Assembly: GCA_051294905.1 (NCBI GenBank)
Contig: CM119378.1
Location: 11,656,001-11,720,000, forward strand
Direction: 5' to 3'
Length of the DNA stretch: 64,000 nucleotides
DNA from: Botryllus schlosseri
Taxonomy: Eukaryota
Position 1 is the stretch's first letter. Each line of letters opens with the position of its first letter. Positions 13,601-26,500 of the stretch are shown here, in pieces. Made by a program: the position numbers and the translations under genes. Below the pieces are notes generated by a model, which saw only the letters and a program-made list of their open reading frames with translations, was not told where the DNA came from and did no database searches.

Positions 13601-14152
13601 ATCGAGAGGCAAGAGTGTTTGTACTTTCAACATATGAACACCAAGCAAAGTGGTTGATATAGACCAGTGGTTCCCAACGTGGGCGATATCGCCCCCCAGG
13701 GGGCGATTTGGCGGTCTAGGGGGGCGAAAATGACGAAGGGGGCGACAGGGGGGCGAAAATAGCGAAGGGGGCGATGACGCATCAAAACGGCTGACCTTTT
13801 TTTTTTTTTTTTTTCTAGTCAACCCTCGGAAATTTAGTTACAAAAGTGTGTCAATTTAGAGATCGAGCCGAAAATTTGACCTTTGACCGGTGATTACAGT
13901 TTGTAATGCCCAATTTTCGGTACACAAAATTTGGGGGGCGATGATCGGTGTTGACCTTGAAAAGGGGGCGATGGGTCGAAAAAGGTTGGGAACCACTGAT
14001 ATAGACTGATATTTTGCGATTTAAATATTCTAGGGATAGAACCTTCTGCACAAGATTTTTATACAGATGCCTCCAATGAGATTACAAGGCCAAAACTCAC
14101 AACCATTTCTATCTTATATTCTGTGATCAATCCCCTGTCAATCTTCAGTTAA
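7567..14152 (+). CDS. Unit A: spliced CARD-like (death-fold) helical protein gene; 5' end uncertain, possibly a pseudogene
   Basis: Exons 7567-7687, 8146-8268, 8973-9123, 10964-11066, 12024-12111 and candidate 14067-14152 join in frame with GT-AG sites. From ATG 7582: MEAEVLECLCILVARSYNDITDWVILLKDASIISRDEKTVLLKYLQDDGESKALKESCLIVLKKTLDQQLSIFQDEDFPKSVKRVDIIVKLLQDGRVSWPISYLMKSWNRFEESEQIHSAATSYCTCLSETNWMLDVIHHMAITEKPHLQEEFAKKAQEILQPDPTHGDCPTDFNGDQNHSGVEGKSSDD... Paralogous to unit B. The CARD call is inference. Confidence 0.75.
8146..8268 (+). CDS. Unit A exon 2 (123 nt, phase 1-1)
   Basis: aatag| ... |gtgaat; same length and phase as 20870-20992, with clear peptide similarity. Confidence 0.82.
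8973..9123 (+). CDS. Unit A exon 3 (151 nt, phase 1-2)
   Basis: tttag| ... |gtacgt; DFPKSVKRVDIIVKLLQDGRVSWPISYLMKSW...; same length as 21300-21450. Confidence 0.82.
9560..9731. mobile_element. Short MITE (caatgttccctctaa / ttagagggaacattg family)
   Basis: Shares core ctcaccaactc...gtgcgtaa(c/t)gac with copies at about 18270-18470 and 43935-44126. Confidence 0.55.
9985..10585. mobile_element. Old foldback MITE with long degenerate inverted arms
   Basis: About 9990-10130 is the reverse complement of about 10430-10580. Related foldback at about 28045-28600 and arms at about 38150-38440 and 41690-41860. Confidence 0.55.
10964..11066 (+). CDS. Unit A exon 4 (103 nt, phase 2-0)
   Basis: ttttctag| ... 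|gtgatt; LSETNWMLDVIHHM...FAKKAQEIL; same length as 26902-27004. Confidence 0.85.
12024..12111 (+). CDS. Unit A exon 5 (88 nt, phase 0-1), acidic linker
   Basis: ttttaag| ... |gtgggt; same length and phase as 29391-29478. Confidence 0.72.
12240..13560. mobile_element. Degraded DNA-transposon-like element with long inverted arms
   Basis: About 12250-12420 is inverted relative to about 13385-13560 (agctctagtt...ggaatggcaccatgccaaaat). Internal gtaggctacaagc module recurs near 17550, 21640 and 63380. Confidence 0.5.
13665..13998. mobile_element. hAT (Charlie/Buster-type) MITE
   Basis: TIR cagtggttcccaac; 8-bp TSD atatagac; same family as 62488-62855. Confidence 0.9.
14067..14152 (+). CDS. Unit A candidate terminal exon
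   Basis: ttttatacag|at gcc tcc aat...; DASNEITRPKLTTISILYSVINPLSIFS*; phase-compatible; starts DAxN like 33830. Confidence 0.4.
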
Positions 14153-14902
14153 AAACCAGTACACCATAAAACATAATACGTTTTGCTGTTTTAACTAAAT
14201 CATTTATCTGAATACGGGTAAAGGGCCACTTTTCCAGCTTTGTTAGCAACATGGGCCACAATATTGTAATATCAAAATATAAATAAGTTGTTAGCATTAG
14301 CATTTGCTCTACTATACTGCGTGACTCAGTATAACCTTCTGCTCTCCAACTTGGCAATATACTGACTATTGAAGAAACATGGATATTGGATGCACACTAA
14401 ATATTTGATTTTTTGGTAAGCACTCAATTTTCATTTTGTATTACAAGCCACGCCCGTGTTTAGCAACGCTTAGCAGTGCCAATGGGATTCAGGAAAAAGT
14501 TGTGCTGCTTAGTCAAACACTGACAAAACTTCTGTTCGTATTTTGTTATTAACTGTTGTGTAATCTCTCATTGTGTAACGCTGACAAACACTACATATAT
14601 TTCTGAAATCCGTAGTCCATAGTGCAAATCAACTAGCAGTACTTCTATTTTACGTCACATGGTACAGCTTCAATGATACTGGGTACCTAATACACGTCAT
14701 TTTTGTTGGTGGCCCATTGCATGTTAAGACAAGGCCCATTACTTGCTTTCAACTAGTTTTCCACCGAGAGCACGCTACTGTTACCGACAAGACACTAGTT
14801 CTAGTCTAGTATTTAATGATTAGTAGGGCAACTTTTGCAAATTTTTTTACAACTTCAGAGAGCTTCTTAAAAACTTAGAAATTATGTAGTATTATGTTTT
14901 AA

Positions 14903-16349
14903 CCGATTGGCACCGGCTGCCATTTTCGAAAAATTGTACTTCATTTTTCAAAATCGAAAAATGGTACCTTCCTGGGATCCGAAAACTGTAACCAAGATGT
15001 CGTTCGATTCAAAATATCAACGCGCAACCGATTGCGCCATCCAAATCGCTACTGATGCCGTGTCTGATTACAGAGCTAGCCGAGAAAACGTTGGTTGGGA
15101 ACAGACATGCTGAATTGCGTACTTTATGAACCTTAGTATAGGTATTCGACGACGATACAGTCTGGTGTATTGTATAGGCTCAAAATTCATCGTTCTAGAG
15201 AGCCCTGAGTCGATGGTCTACGTCTAGCAGTCGCTAATTTCTAATCAAGACAATACCGACCGTTTTAGTCAGCTCGCGGCAGGCCGCCGAGAGGGTGCGT
15301 CATGGCGAGTTATGCGCGCGCGTATGGTAACTTCTAAGGCTTATAACTCAAACTGTTAGTCAAACTTCTAAGGCTTATAACTCAAACTGACCCTATATTA
15401 GTCATTTTAGTATTCGTAGACGGTTATTTACAGTCCTTACCATAATGATTTACTGCAAATGCTTATCATTACTACAACGTAAGATATATATCGATGTACG
15501 ACAGCTCTTTGTATACCCAGACGCACGCTTTTGCGTAGGTATAATCGCTGAGTAATATTGTATGTATTCCGAATTATACTTTACCATTAGCAGTTATTTA
15601 GAATCATATAGGCAACAACAATTCACAGACACAATCTATGAAGGTTTATGGCTATTAGAACACGATCTATTTCACGTTATGTGACGGGTGTTCAGCCTTG
15701 TGCTTGAAGCTGGTACGGTAGTCTGACGGAATTCGCTTCCCGGTTTTCAAATGAAACCTTGAGCGATATAGAACTAACTAGTATAGTTGCTTTAGCAAAA
15801 TATAAACAGAAACTGACATTAGCTATTCATAGCAACAAACTACAGCTGGTTATGACGAATAAAACCAACTAAACGACAGTGTATATGGCGGGTATGAGAA
15901 ACACGCGTGTCTGCGAAATGATGCTTCGGCGTATATTTTTGTCACGCGGCCTATCATATGGCTTTTGATCAGCTTAGATGTAACTAATATCAGATATGAA
16001 GATACGTGTGGACTTGTATGGGCTATTCACATAATGAAACAACTATGCCCGAAGACGGCTGGAACGAAACATACAGAACGTTGTCCGAGATTGGTCAATG
16101 ACGCGCGAATTGCCGACACAGTGTATTTTGCAACATATATATCTACGGTGTTTGATATACGATTTTGACGTCTTCTATATAATAAATATCAAATAACAAG
16201 GTATCAATGAACTTGTACGAACAATATCTATTCACAGAAATGAACAGCAACGACCTAGCACGATTAATATGTAATATATCGTGGTTTCAATTACGGTACT
16301 CTTCTCTCGTACCGGCATGTCGAAAAATAGACACGCCGGTGCCAAATGG
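14903..16349. mobile_element. Non-autonomous piggyBac-type element
   Basis: TTAA on both sides; TIR ccgattggcaccggc / gccggtgccaaatgg. Confidence 0.72.
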
Positions 16350-17379
16350 TTAAGCTACATGAAGGAATTTTATATTGCAAATTTTCTACCATTTTCATGC
16401 AACTGTTTACTGCAACTTTCATCAAGCATTGTGGAAAATATAAATGAGTGATTTAAAAAACATGCTATCAAACTATTTCTAGTATGGTTCTCTCGTTGAT
16501 TTGTTTAACAAAGAGCTATTTGATGGATTAGCTGCATCTCGATGATATCTATCACGCAATAACTTGCAAGCTAGATGTTCAACAACCCCAGTCAAGCACG
16601 ATAATGCCTGAACTATATGTGAATATATCGCTTGATTGATATTGATCAAATATTAGTAAACTGATGTTACTACCGTCGTTTAAATTTGATGTCCTTTCCC
16701 TTTTCATCGAAGCCCAGACGAGACCAAAAATTACATTTTCACTGGGTCACCTTTTGAAGCTATTGATTTTGTTAAGTCACCAACACTTGGTTTTGCTGTA
16801 GGCCCATTGCATGTTAAGACAAGCCCCATTCCGTTTTCAGCTAGTTATCCACCGAGAGCACGCTACTTTTACCGACAAGGCACTAGTTCTCGTCTAGTAT
16901 TTAGTGATTTAGTGGCTAGGGTCAAGTTTGCAGACCTAGGGAATTTGAGGTGTGCTATTTGACTCGTTTTATGGATTATCCATTTGCTGTTTGGCTTTTT
17001 ATGGAAATTATATTGGGGTTGCGTTACTTTCTTACTGTTACCGGCAAAAATGTAGTTTTCGGCGGTCTCGGCTGGCTGTCCGTGCAATGGGAAGGCTCCA
17101 AATTTTTCAGCTCTGCAGAGGCTCACAGCGAAATGCTGTGTATAGGTTTCAAAATTAAAGAACAGAAAAGTGTATACAGGATCGATTGAATAGCGAAGAA
17201 AGAAACGAAATAAGCAGATACGCTGCAAATCTTAGAAAGTTGGATTATAAAGCGAAACATAGTCTCCCATTAATATCCTAATAATTCTAAAAATTCATAA
17301 ATGCAACTATTTACTGCAGCTTTTGTTAAAATTAAGTGCAACTTTCCCACGAGTTTAAGTGCAATAAAAGTTTGCCTTA

Positions 17380-18130
17380 GTGATTAGTGATGACTAGGTC
17401 AATTTTTTTGACATGTCAAAAAAAGTCAAAATTAGGTCAAAATTGTAGTGTTGTTGTAAACAAAGTCTAATTTTTCTTACAACCTGCATTTCGTTTGTAT
17501 AGTAGATTTCGCACTGTCGGGGAACTTATCATTTGACATTTTACAGCTTGTAGCCTACTTTAGAGGCCTACCGTTGTAGAGGCCCATTGTCTGCTCATGG
17601 TGAATCATGAACATTCAAATAAAACAAATAGGTTGACATCGTGTTATGCTCAACGTATTAAAATATACTAACTGAAGCAAGACTGATTGGGCATTGCATG
17701 GTTCTTATATCAAGAAGCGCATGATGAAAAATTGTGATGTACACATCATTGTCAGAATGAAGCAACTAGGTGTGTCACCAGCAGTGTACGCATGCAAAAC
17801 TTCAGTGTTGTCAGCCAAGAACTGCTACTGTTGAACGTTCTTTCTCCATTCTTGGAAAGCTACTTAGTAAGGACAGATACTTTCTACCCGAGAATGTAGG
17901 AAAGTATCTTTCGTTGTACTAACAGATTTTAATTATTTTTACCATAATACGTGATATAACTACTGGAATTCTTCGTAGGGCCAGATTTCGTTAAAATCAA
18001 GTTTTTACATGAAAAAATTTGTCACCACTTTTTGTGTCAAAAAAGTTTTTTCAGGCCGAACTACTACGTAAGGACATACAGTTCGAACCATAAATGACGA
18101 TAAGTAGTACAATTCTAACATTATGTTGGA
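17380..18130. repeat. Interspersed repeat family; direct copy about 21480-22200, inverted copy about 62240-63450
   Basis: Long alignable blocks, e.g. gtgtcaccagcagtgtac...cagtgttgtcagccaa and acccgagaatgtaggaaagta. Confidence 0.65.
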
Positions 18131-18150
18131 AAACACCTAATCTGCTAATA

Positions 18151-19310
18151 CAGTGGTTCTCAACCTTTTTGACCTCGCGGCACCCTTTGGAAATGAAAAA
18201 TAATGCGCGGCACACTTTGTTCTCAACTTTTTGGCTTATGTCACCTGAGGACTGCCATAATACTTAGCAGCAATGTTCCCTCTAATTTTTCACGAGTCTG
18301 CTCGCACTCACCAACTCACTTCGCTGCCCTTGGACAAGAGTGCGTAATGACAAAAATAAATAATTAAAAAATGGGTCATCAATTTGGTTTTTTGCGCGCA
18401 GCTTAGATTTGCTGTGCGCAGAGACCGTGTCAGCACTGCGCTGTGCGCACGCGTTCAGCTTATAGAGAACAGTGCTTAGCAACAACCACAGACGTAGAGA
18501 CGGGGTCTCTGACGAAGTACTTGTACCTTTTCGGATCACTCAACTATGATATTCTCAGCTTCGAAGAAGATATTACGGTATTTTCTATATCTGCGGACAT
18601 GTTACAAATACGTCTACGGATGGTATCATTTGATACGGGAATCATTTTAAATTCTTTTGCAGCTTTGGTCCCAAAGATTATTTTACAATTCTAGTGCAAG
18701 CCGAAGAATAACTTTTTCCGCTTCCATGTGAGGATTTGAATTTTTAGCTATTACCTTTGTGCTCACATAACTAGCCTGCTGCCATATCGTTGAAACTTTG
18801 GTCTGCGCTTATATACCATATTTAATAAGATTTGTTTGACAATAAACTGTGCCCACTACCGCATTGTCGATGTAATTATAACCATCGCATCAAACAGGCC
18901 AAGCACGGTCCCCACAAATGGATACGGAGGCTGTGGGGGCGTATCTATAGACGATGCCGTATAGCACGCGCGAGGTTAGCAACACCTCAGTAGTTTTACT
19001 GACACGGGGAGCCACCCGCAGTTAAATTATGGTTCCAACAAACCGCAATAATAACCGCAGAAGGCCAGAAATTTGTTAACTGATGTAATTAAATTACCTT
19101 TACTTCTCAATTCTCAAATTCGTCGCCGGTAACATAACGTTGCGCTCTGAGCGTACGTTTTGACGGTAGTGCCGACACGCTGCCTAACAATCACAATGTG
19201 CATGTCTATTCTTTGTAATTTGAATTTGTAACCGTGAACATCACTTCCAAAGGAATTCATTTCTCGGTGGTGATTAGGAAGAACAACATCGAATACTAAA
19301 CCACAACTAT
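18151..19310 (-). mobile_element. Charlie/Buster hAT deletion derivative with transposase remnant
   Basis: Left TIR cagtggttctcaac. Minus strand about 18550-18720 reads FGTKAAKEFKMIPVSNDTIRRRICNMSADIENTV (Buster/ZBED5-like motif). Copy of 23516-26081. Confidence 0.75.
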
Positions 19311-19562
19311 TCATGTACTCATATACTGCGAATGCTGGGTGCGTACTATACATGGGTACAGGCTTTTTCCCAGAACATACACGTCATTTTAAGGGTGCGT
19401 ATTATACATGGGGGCGCACTATATTCGGAAAATTACGGTAAATGTAACATAAGTCAATATCAAAATCGATGCGAATAAACTAAATGTAGTGAAGTTTCAT
19501 CACTAAAAGCAGACTCGTATATTAGAACAAAGCAGATGTCAATCAGATTCGATCCAATAGAT

Positions 19563-20282
19563 CAGGGGTTCTCAACTTAACTTGTATAACGGGCCGTATT
19601 TTAACAGCAAAAAACGCTGCGGGCCGCAGAACATTATTACCATGTATTTGTGGGCTATTATTAAATTTAGGCTACAGTAGCCTATTTATGAGACGTATAC
19701 GGGCATTTAGTACCTTTTTATGCATTCTAAGGCAATAATGAACAGCGTTCGTATATTTGCGGCTGCTGTTTTGCGGGAGAAATGTTTCTCTGAGCGGCAC
19801 AAGTAATGGGGCGTGCAATGCATTCGCTGCCAATTCGGTATATGCACCTTGAAACTAAACCGTCCATAATATAACCTAACTGTATGTCTCAATGCGTGAG
19901 CGAGCAAGTTTAAAGTTACGGTAACTTTTACGTGACAGAGGCCATTATCACTCTGAGCTCTCAGTGGTATGAGAAGGGGTCATTTCTGAGTTAATCAATC
20001 AACCCTTGTTTCTGTTCAAACCATTCGCGATGAGTGAAACACTCTTTCAAATGTACTACACTACAGCGGGAATCTCTTGGAACAAGAGTTCAAAACAATA
20101 ACAATCAACTCGGGCATATATCAAGATACTAAAACACAACAAAGAATGGGTAGTCAATTACAATTACAAATACAGTTAATATATAACACTACAGTGCCAG
20201 TAATTGCAGTAATTGCATTCGTATTGAAAGACGTCGCGGGCCGCAAAATAACCGTCTGCGGGCCGCGGGTTGAGAACCCCTG
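19563..20282. mobile_element. hAT MITE
   Basis: TIR caggggttctcaac / gttgagaacccctg; 8-bp TSD caatagat. Confidence 0.87.
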
Positions 20283-20380
20283 CAATAGATGCACTCCGAT
20301 ATACCATAATGAATTGAAGATAACCATTATAGCATTATCACACTCGCTACGTTCATGTCACATTTCATTTTTGCTTCAAG

Positions 20381-20506
20381 TTCAAAGCGATGAGAAGTTG
20401 AAGGAGAGTGAATTGCTGGAATATTTGTCCATTCTTGTACTGAAGAGCTATGAAAAATTACCTGATTGGATCAACTTTCTGAAAGATTTGGATATTATAA
20501 ATAGAG
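20381..20506 (+). CDS. Unit B exon 1 (126 nt, phase 1-1)
   Basis: ttttgcttcaag| ... |gtttgt; paralog of 7567-7687. Confidence 0.75.
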
Positions 20507-23500
20507 GTTTGTAGTCTTCCTTTTTGAAATAGGTTTAAATCTTCATTCAGCGCAAAGAGTCGTAGTGGTAGTGGGTGACTTTTATCACGACATCAAGACA
20601 ATAGTGGTCGAACTGCTGCATGAGCAGTGAGAATAGCTATATAGATCTCGATAAAATTTCTGAAATGACATCGAAATTATACGTACAATTTATCGACGAT
20701 TGTCTACCAGCGTTACCCGAGCCAGATTTTCATTAATATTTTCGGAATAATCCAAACTGTCATTAGTTTTTAGGTGGTAATGGTCTGTATTGTGTTCCAA
20801 AATAATTATCTTGTTTGGATATAAATGAGACTGAACTGTGGTAACTTCATCCGCCTCTCATTTTAATAGATGAGAAAAGGATCTTCCAAGATTCTCTACG
20901 GAATGATGAGAGATTGAAAGTATTGAATGAGTCGTGTAAGGCTGTTTTGACAAAGACATTGGAGCAACAAATTTTGGTATTTCAGGATAATGGTGAGCCT
21001 AAGCATACGTTGAATTTTAGACTGTTATAAGTTATTATAAGTCATGAAAAGTTATTAAAACAAAACCGTTCATTCATCTGGAGGCGTACTAAGAGTAAGC
21101 ACTGCCTATAACAATCACTAATTTTTGTCCATGTTTCATATAGTGGAGAACATGGTGTCTTCTAAAAAAGCCTCTGGCAATCTGTCCTCCACTGTTCCAT
21201 TACTGCGGAAATTCAAAGCTCTTTTATTATAGGCAAAAAAAAAATACAAACTACCACTAGAAAGTACCGATATACTGTTTAACCTTGATGGATTTGCAGA
21301 CTTCCAAGGAGATGCTAGACTTGTCGATATTACCATGAATTTGCTACAAGATCGTCATCTGAAATGGCCAATATTATATCTGATAAAGTCGTGGGACAAA
21401 TTGGAGGGATCTGATGAGATCCGATCTTTGGCAATGACTTATTGTGCTAGGTATGTACCCTATTTGTTTGTTATAATTACGGCAATTTTTTTGACATGTC
21501 AAAATGAGACAATTGTAGAGTTAGGTCAAAAAAATTGTCAAAATTGCTTACAAAGTCATAATTTTTTTGCAACCTGGATTTTCATTTGTATCGTAGATGT
21601 ATACACTGTTTGTGAACTTATCATTTGACATTTTACAGCTTGTAGCCTACTTTATAGGCCTACCATTGTAGAGGCCCCATTGTCATTGTGAATCATAAAC
21701 GGTCAATATCTGAAACAAATAGGTGGTGTTATGCTGAACATACCACAATATCCTAACGGAAGTAAGAATGCTTGGACATTGGTTCTTATATCAAGAAGCG
21801 CAATATGAAAAATTATGATGTAGACAGCATTGTCAGAATGAAACAACACGGTGTGTCACCAACAGTGTACCTACAACTTCAGTGTTGTCAGCCAACAACT
21901 GCTACTGTTGCATTTTGGGATACTAGGTAAGGACACACACTTTTTACCCGAGAATGTAGGAAAGTATATTTCGTTGCACTACAACAAATTTTAATTATTT
22001 CTACCATGATGCGTGATGTAACTACTGGAATTCTTCATAGGTCCAGATTTCGTTGAAATAAAGTTTTTTTCATGTAAAAATTTGTCAATAGTCGAGTCAA
22101 AAAAGTTTTTTTCAGGCCAAACTACTTCGTAAGGATAGACAGTTTCAACCAGAAATGAAAATGAGGAGTAAAATTCTGGCCTTATGTGGTAAAACACCTA
22201 ATTTAGATATATGAGGTCAAAATTACGTTTTTGAAGGTAAAAAATGTCAAAATTTCGATTTATCATCCGTTTTATAAGTTAAAAAAATTCTCCCAAGTTG
22301 TAATATATTGGCGTGCAGTGGTAGCATTGGTTAGCTCCACGTAGCACTGCCACACATCCCACACTTCTAATTCTCACACTTAAGGCAGTGGTCCCTAATC
22401 CGCGGTCCGTGGATCAATTCTGACCAGTGTACCTCCACTTCTGTAATTGATTTTACTTGCCTTTGCAATGTTGCCCATTTCAATAGTTATGTGGTGTGAT
22501 GTTGGCATTGTATGGTAGTTATAAGGCAGGGGTGGGCAACATACGGCCCGCGGGCCGGATTCCGTCTTATATGATATTGTGGCCCGCGGCTACAGTGTAC
22601 CGAGATTCCCCGCTACTTGCTTAATATATCACTATATTAGTGATAGTATGTTATTGTATACATGTATGCGCACTGCGCAGCGTGCGAGAGTGGAGCTTAC
22701 GCCTAAGTTCGTTGAAGCGGGAAGACTTGCATTATCGGCATTTACGATGTACTCAACCCAAATATCGTTTGTGGTAATCATTGTGTTTGTCGACTACAAT
22801 GGTCATTTACACCAGGCCGATATTTCTTACTTTTGATTACGTAGCCGCCGCACGGCACACTTCTAGGCTTTTGTAAGACACCGCTTATGCCAGGGGTCGC
22901 CAACTCAAAATGGGTCGCGGGCCACTTTTCAAATGTCGTAGAAGCCGCGGTCCGCATGGATTCAATATCGAGATAAAATAGGCCACATAGTTGAACAACG
23001 GCACTATCTCGTCATCTACTCAGCCCTAATGAATTGATATCTTGGTAAATTTGGGGTACCGGGCTTATCGAACGCTTTGAAATCTTAATTAATGATTGCA
23101 CCGTGTGCTGATTGATCAGAGAGAAGCAGACATGGCGGCACCTGTATGACAATGCTCTTCTCGAATCCACATTATCTTCGTCATTAAGGACGAGAAATGG
23201 CTTTGAAGTGACATTGCTGTCGTTAACATACATTCACTAAATACAATTTACACCTTATATATGTGAATAAATGGGCGAATAATGTGTCGATTCAACAATC
23301 CGGCCCGCCAAGTGCTTAATTTTCATATATCCGGCCCGCCGACTGGAGAAGTTGCCCGCCCCTGTTATAAGGGATGGTGTAAACCTCTGAAAGGTTCAGG
23401 TTCATGTGAACCCGATCTTTTTTGAAAGGTTCTGTGCGAACGTGAACCTCATAACGTCACGTGATGTCATATTGCTAATTCAGATCCCATATTCCAGTGA

Positions 23501-26500
23501 AATGATAGCCTATATCAGTGGTTCTCAACCTTTTTGACCTCGCGGCACCCTTTGAAAATGAAAAATAGTTCGCGGCACACTAGCACAGTGGTTCTCAACG
23601 TTTATTGCCTTACGGCAACTGTAAACTAACAGAATACTTAGAAGCCCCCACACCCACAATCACCATCGCACAGAGGTGGTCTCTGACGAAGTACTTCTAC
23701 TTTTTCGAAGCACTGAAGTAGGCTTTGTTCTGCTTCGAAGAAGAAATTACGGTATTTTCTATGTCTGCGGACATGTCATAAATACGTCTACGAATGGTAT
23801 CATTTGACATGGGAATCGTTTTCAATTCTGCTGCAGCTTTGGTCCCAAACATTTTCTTTGCAATGCCAGTGCAAGCCGGAAGAATAACTTTATCCGCTTC
23901 AGCGGTCTTGAATTTTTAGCTTTTACCGCTACCACCTCGTAACTGTCCTGCTGCGATCTCGTGAACTTGGGCTGCGCTTATATACTATTTCATAAGATTT
24001 TTTTGACAAGCTCGATCGCCACTAACTAATACAGAGGCGTATACATGGCGGAGATAGCGTATAGTGGTGAGCGTCGGCGCCATATACGCCGGCAGCCCGG
24101 GTTCAATTCCCGCCGTCGGAGGTTACTCTGGGCTGCTCGTCCCCCGTGACGCTGTTCTACGGCGACAAAAAGCCTAGAAAAAAGAGAAAGATATATAGCT
24201 TCTAAAATTGGACCGACGATGATAGAATAACACCGAAGAAGACTGTTACGTCGGGCACTAGGTAGAGGCGGATGCCACTTTAACCCTTACGAGGTGGGCG
24301 TATCATATTTGATATGGCATGTCTCCGACACCGATTTCTCCATGTTGACACGCCCTAGACATCGGGTTATACGTTTTTTGAAAAGCTGAGACTTTTCCGA
24401 TGTATTTGGTACCGTACTCAAAAATTTTGGTTCGTAAAAATAAACAAAAAATTAAAAATTAAATAAAATATGGTTATCACCTAAAACTTCCGGGTATTTT
24501 CCGAGTGGGAAATATTGTCGGAAAATCTGCCAGAACATCAGAAGTCAACATGTACGGTTTTCTGTGTAGATTTTCACCGTTTCAAACATCAATACGTTTT
24601 CTGGAAAGTTTTCTGAGGGGGATTTGTAAATTTTGGTCACACTTCAGTGATTTTCAAGATCTAGGTCAAGTTCAAGTGCAAATGCAGTCGGCATAGGAGT
24701 CATACTATGCCTGCAAATGGTTGGATATGACAAAAGAAAGCATATCGCGTTGTTTTATGCCATAAACCGGACTGTAGGGGCCGATTGAGTCTTGATCATT
24801 AACTTGACCTTGATGACCACTCACTGACCACGCCCATTTGTAAATTTTATATGTATTTTCCATTTTTCGATATCTGACGAACCGCGCGGTTTACAACCAT
24901 GGTTGACGGCTTGTTTGAAACCAGGCAACAGTGGCTACGCACTAAAGCATCACATTCCTCTCTCTGACGCCATCCTGAGGGTCAGCCTTGAAAATTGAGA
25001 GAGAGAGAGATTTGTTGGGGGGAAAAGCTTGTTTATTTAAACTTATTACAAAACCTCAGACATGTCATGGGGCGTCGATCAAGGGTGGAATCGGTAGAGG
25101 GCTATACTCCGCCCACTTGTAAACCGGAACGGCCCAGATTCAAGACCTGGTGGGGTCCCGGTGAGAATTTGAAAATTGAAGGTCAATTCTGCAAAATATG
25201 GCCCCACCTCGTAAGGGTTAAGAGATCTCAACTGGTTGGTTGGTTGGTCGTTCAGTATCCCCCTATCTGTTCACTACATCGCATTGTGTCTTGTACAACG
25301 CATTGTACACTGTGTGTGTGTGTGTGTGTGTGTCCAGGGCAGATGACAATATAATCTGACGATTATTGATTGGCGATTATTATTACATGGATGGCAGACG
25401 CATTTCAATTTCAACGCAGATCGTGTACCACGTGTGAGGATATCAATACCTGAATATAGTTCTACTGACAGCCACCCGCAGTACAATTATAGCTCCAACA
25501 AACCGGTACAATAACCTCAGCGCAGGGTAAATTTGTTAACCGATATAATATGATCTGATCAACCCAACTTATCAATTCTCAAACACGTCCCCTGCAACAT
25601 AGCGTTGCGCTCCGAGCCTACATTTTAACGGCAATGCCGGCACGCTACCTAACAATCGCAATATGGATGGCTTGGCTATGTTTTTAATTCGAATCTGTAA
25701 ACTTGATCATCATATCCATCCAAAGGAGTTGATTTCTCGCTGGTGATTACGAACACAGGGAGGATTTGAAATCCGCATTGTCATACAGGCGCAGCCATGT
25801 CTGCTCTGCTCTGCGACCGATCGACGTATTGTACAAAACTGAATTCACCCTTCAACTTCAAGGCACACGATATGTCGGGTAAATCGAATTCGCGGGGATA
25901 TTGATTGCGGGCTGTCAAATGTACAAACTTCACATTGCGCTCGAATTAGATTACTGATTGTTTCTATAGACTAGAATTATTTTGCGCATAATTTCAAAAT
26001 TTCGAAGAAATCTCTCGCGGCACACTTGCGAGACGTAAATGGCACACTAGTGTGCCGCGGCACACCGGTTGAGAACCACTGGCCTATATTAATGTATACG
26101 TACACGATACCTAGCGATGACTCGGGCCACATAATGTCACAATGCTGAAGCACATATTGACGTTTTAAATGTCGCCAAATGTATCAACTGGGGCAATCAA
26201 AAGATATAATAATCGCCTTTAACGGTCTAGGCCAGACCGGACAATGTCTTTGGCCTCTGAGTATTGCTATGTTGATATTTAGCAGACATCGATGAATTCT
26301 TTACATAAATATCATTGATTGGTTGATTAAGCATCATTCGCTGACTACCTATACTTGTTGTGTATTCCGCTCTTGATGTTATATTATTGCGGGTCAATCT
26401 CACAGCAAAGAGTCACTCAATATTCGAGCAAGCTTTTGTAACAAAACAAGTAAACATTCGGATTACCAAGGTGCATGCTCCTTTAGTGCTGATTTTTTTA

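Larger units (their letters stand above)
23516..26081 (-). mobile_element. Charlie/Buster hAT deletion derivative with transposase remnant
   Basis: TIR cagtggttctcaac; 8-bp TSD gcctatat. Minus strand about 23750-23900 reads EADKVILPACTGIAKKMFGTKAAAELKTIPMSNDTIRRRIYDMSADIENTV. Confidence 0.9.

Noticed and set aside
14145-14357. Protein-like minus-strand ORF (WRAEGYTESRSIVEQML…)
   Set aside because: It has no splice context, paralog or recognisable family, and its length is within the chance range.
20061-20143. Candidate upstream exon for unit B and the 145-aa ORF 20077-20514
   Set aside because: The 5' part lies inside the hAT MITE 19563-20282. Only the 3' end of that ORF (20381-20506) is supported as an exon.
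9468-20565. Isolated 15-mer matches between unique intronic regions (gcaaagagtcgtagt; attgatcaaatatta at 16.6k and 35.2k)
   Set aside because: A few such matches are expected by chance in 64 kb of AT-rich DNA, and the alignments do not extend.
24047-24120. Functional tRNA gene
   Set aside because: The acceptor stem cannot pair, the anticodon loop lacks U33 and purine-37, and it sits inside a transposon.
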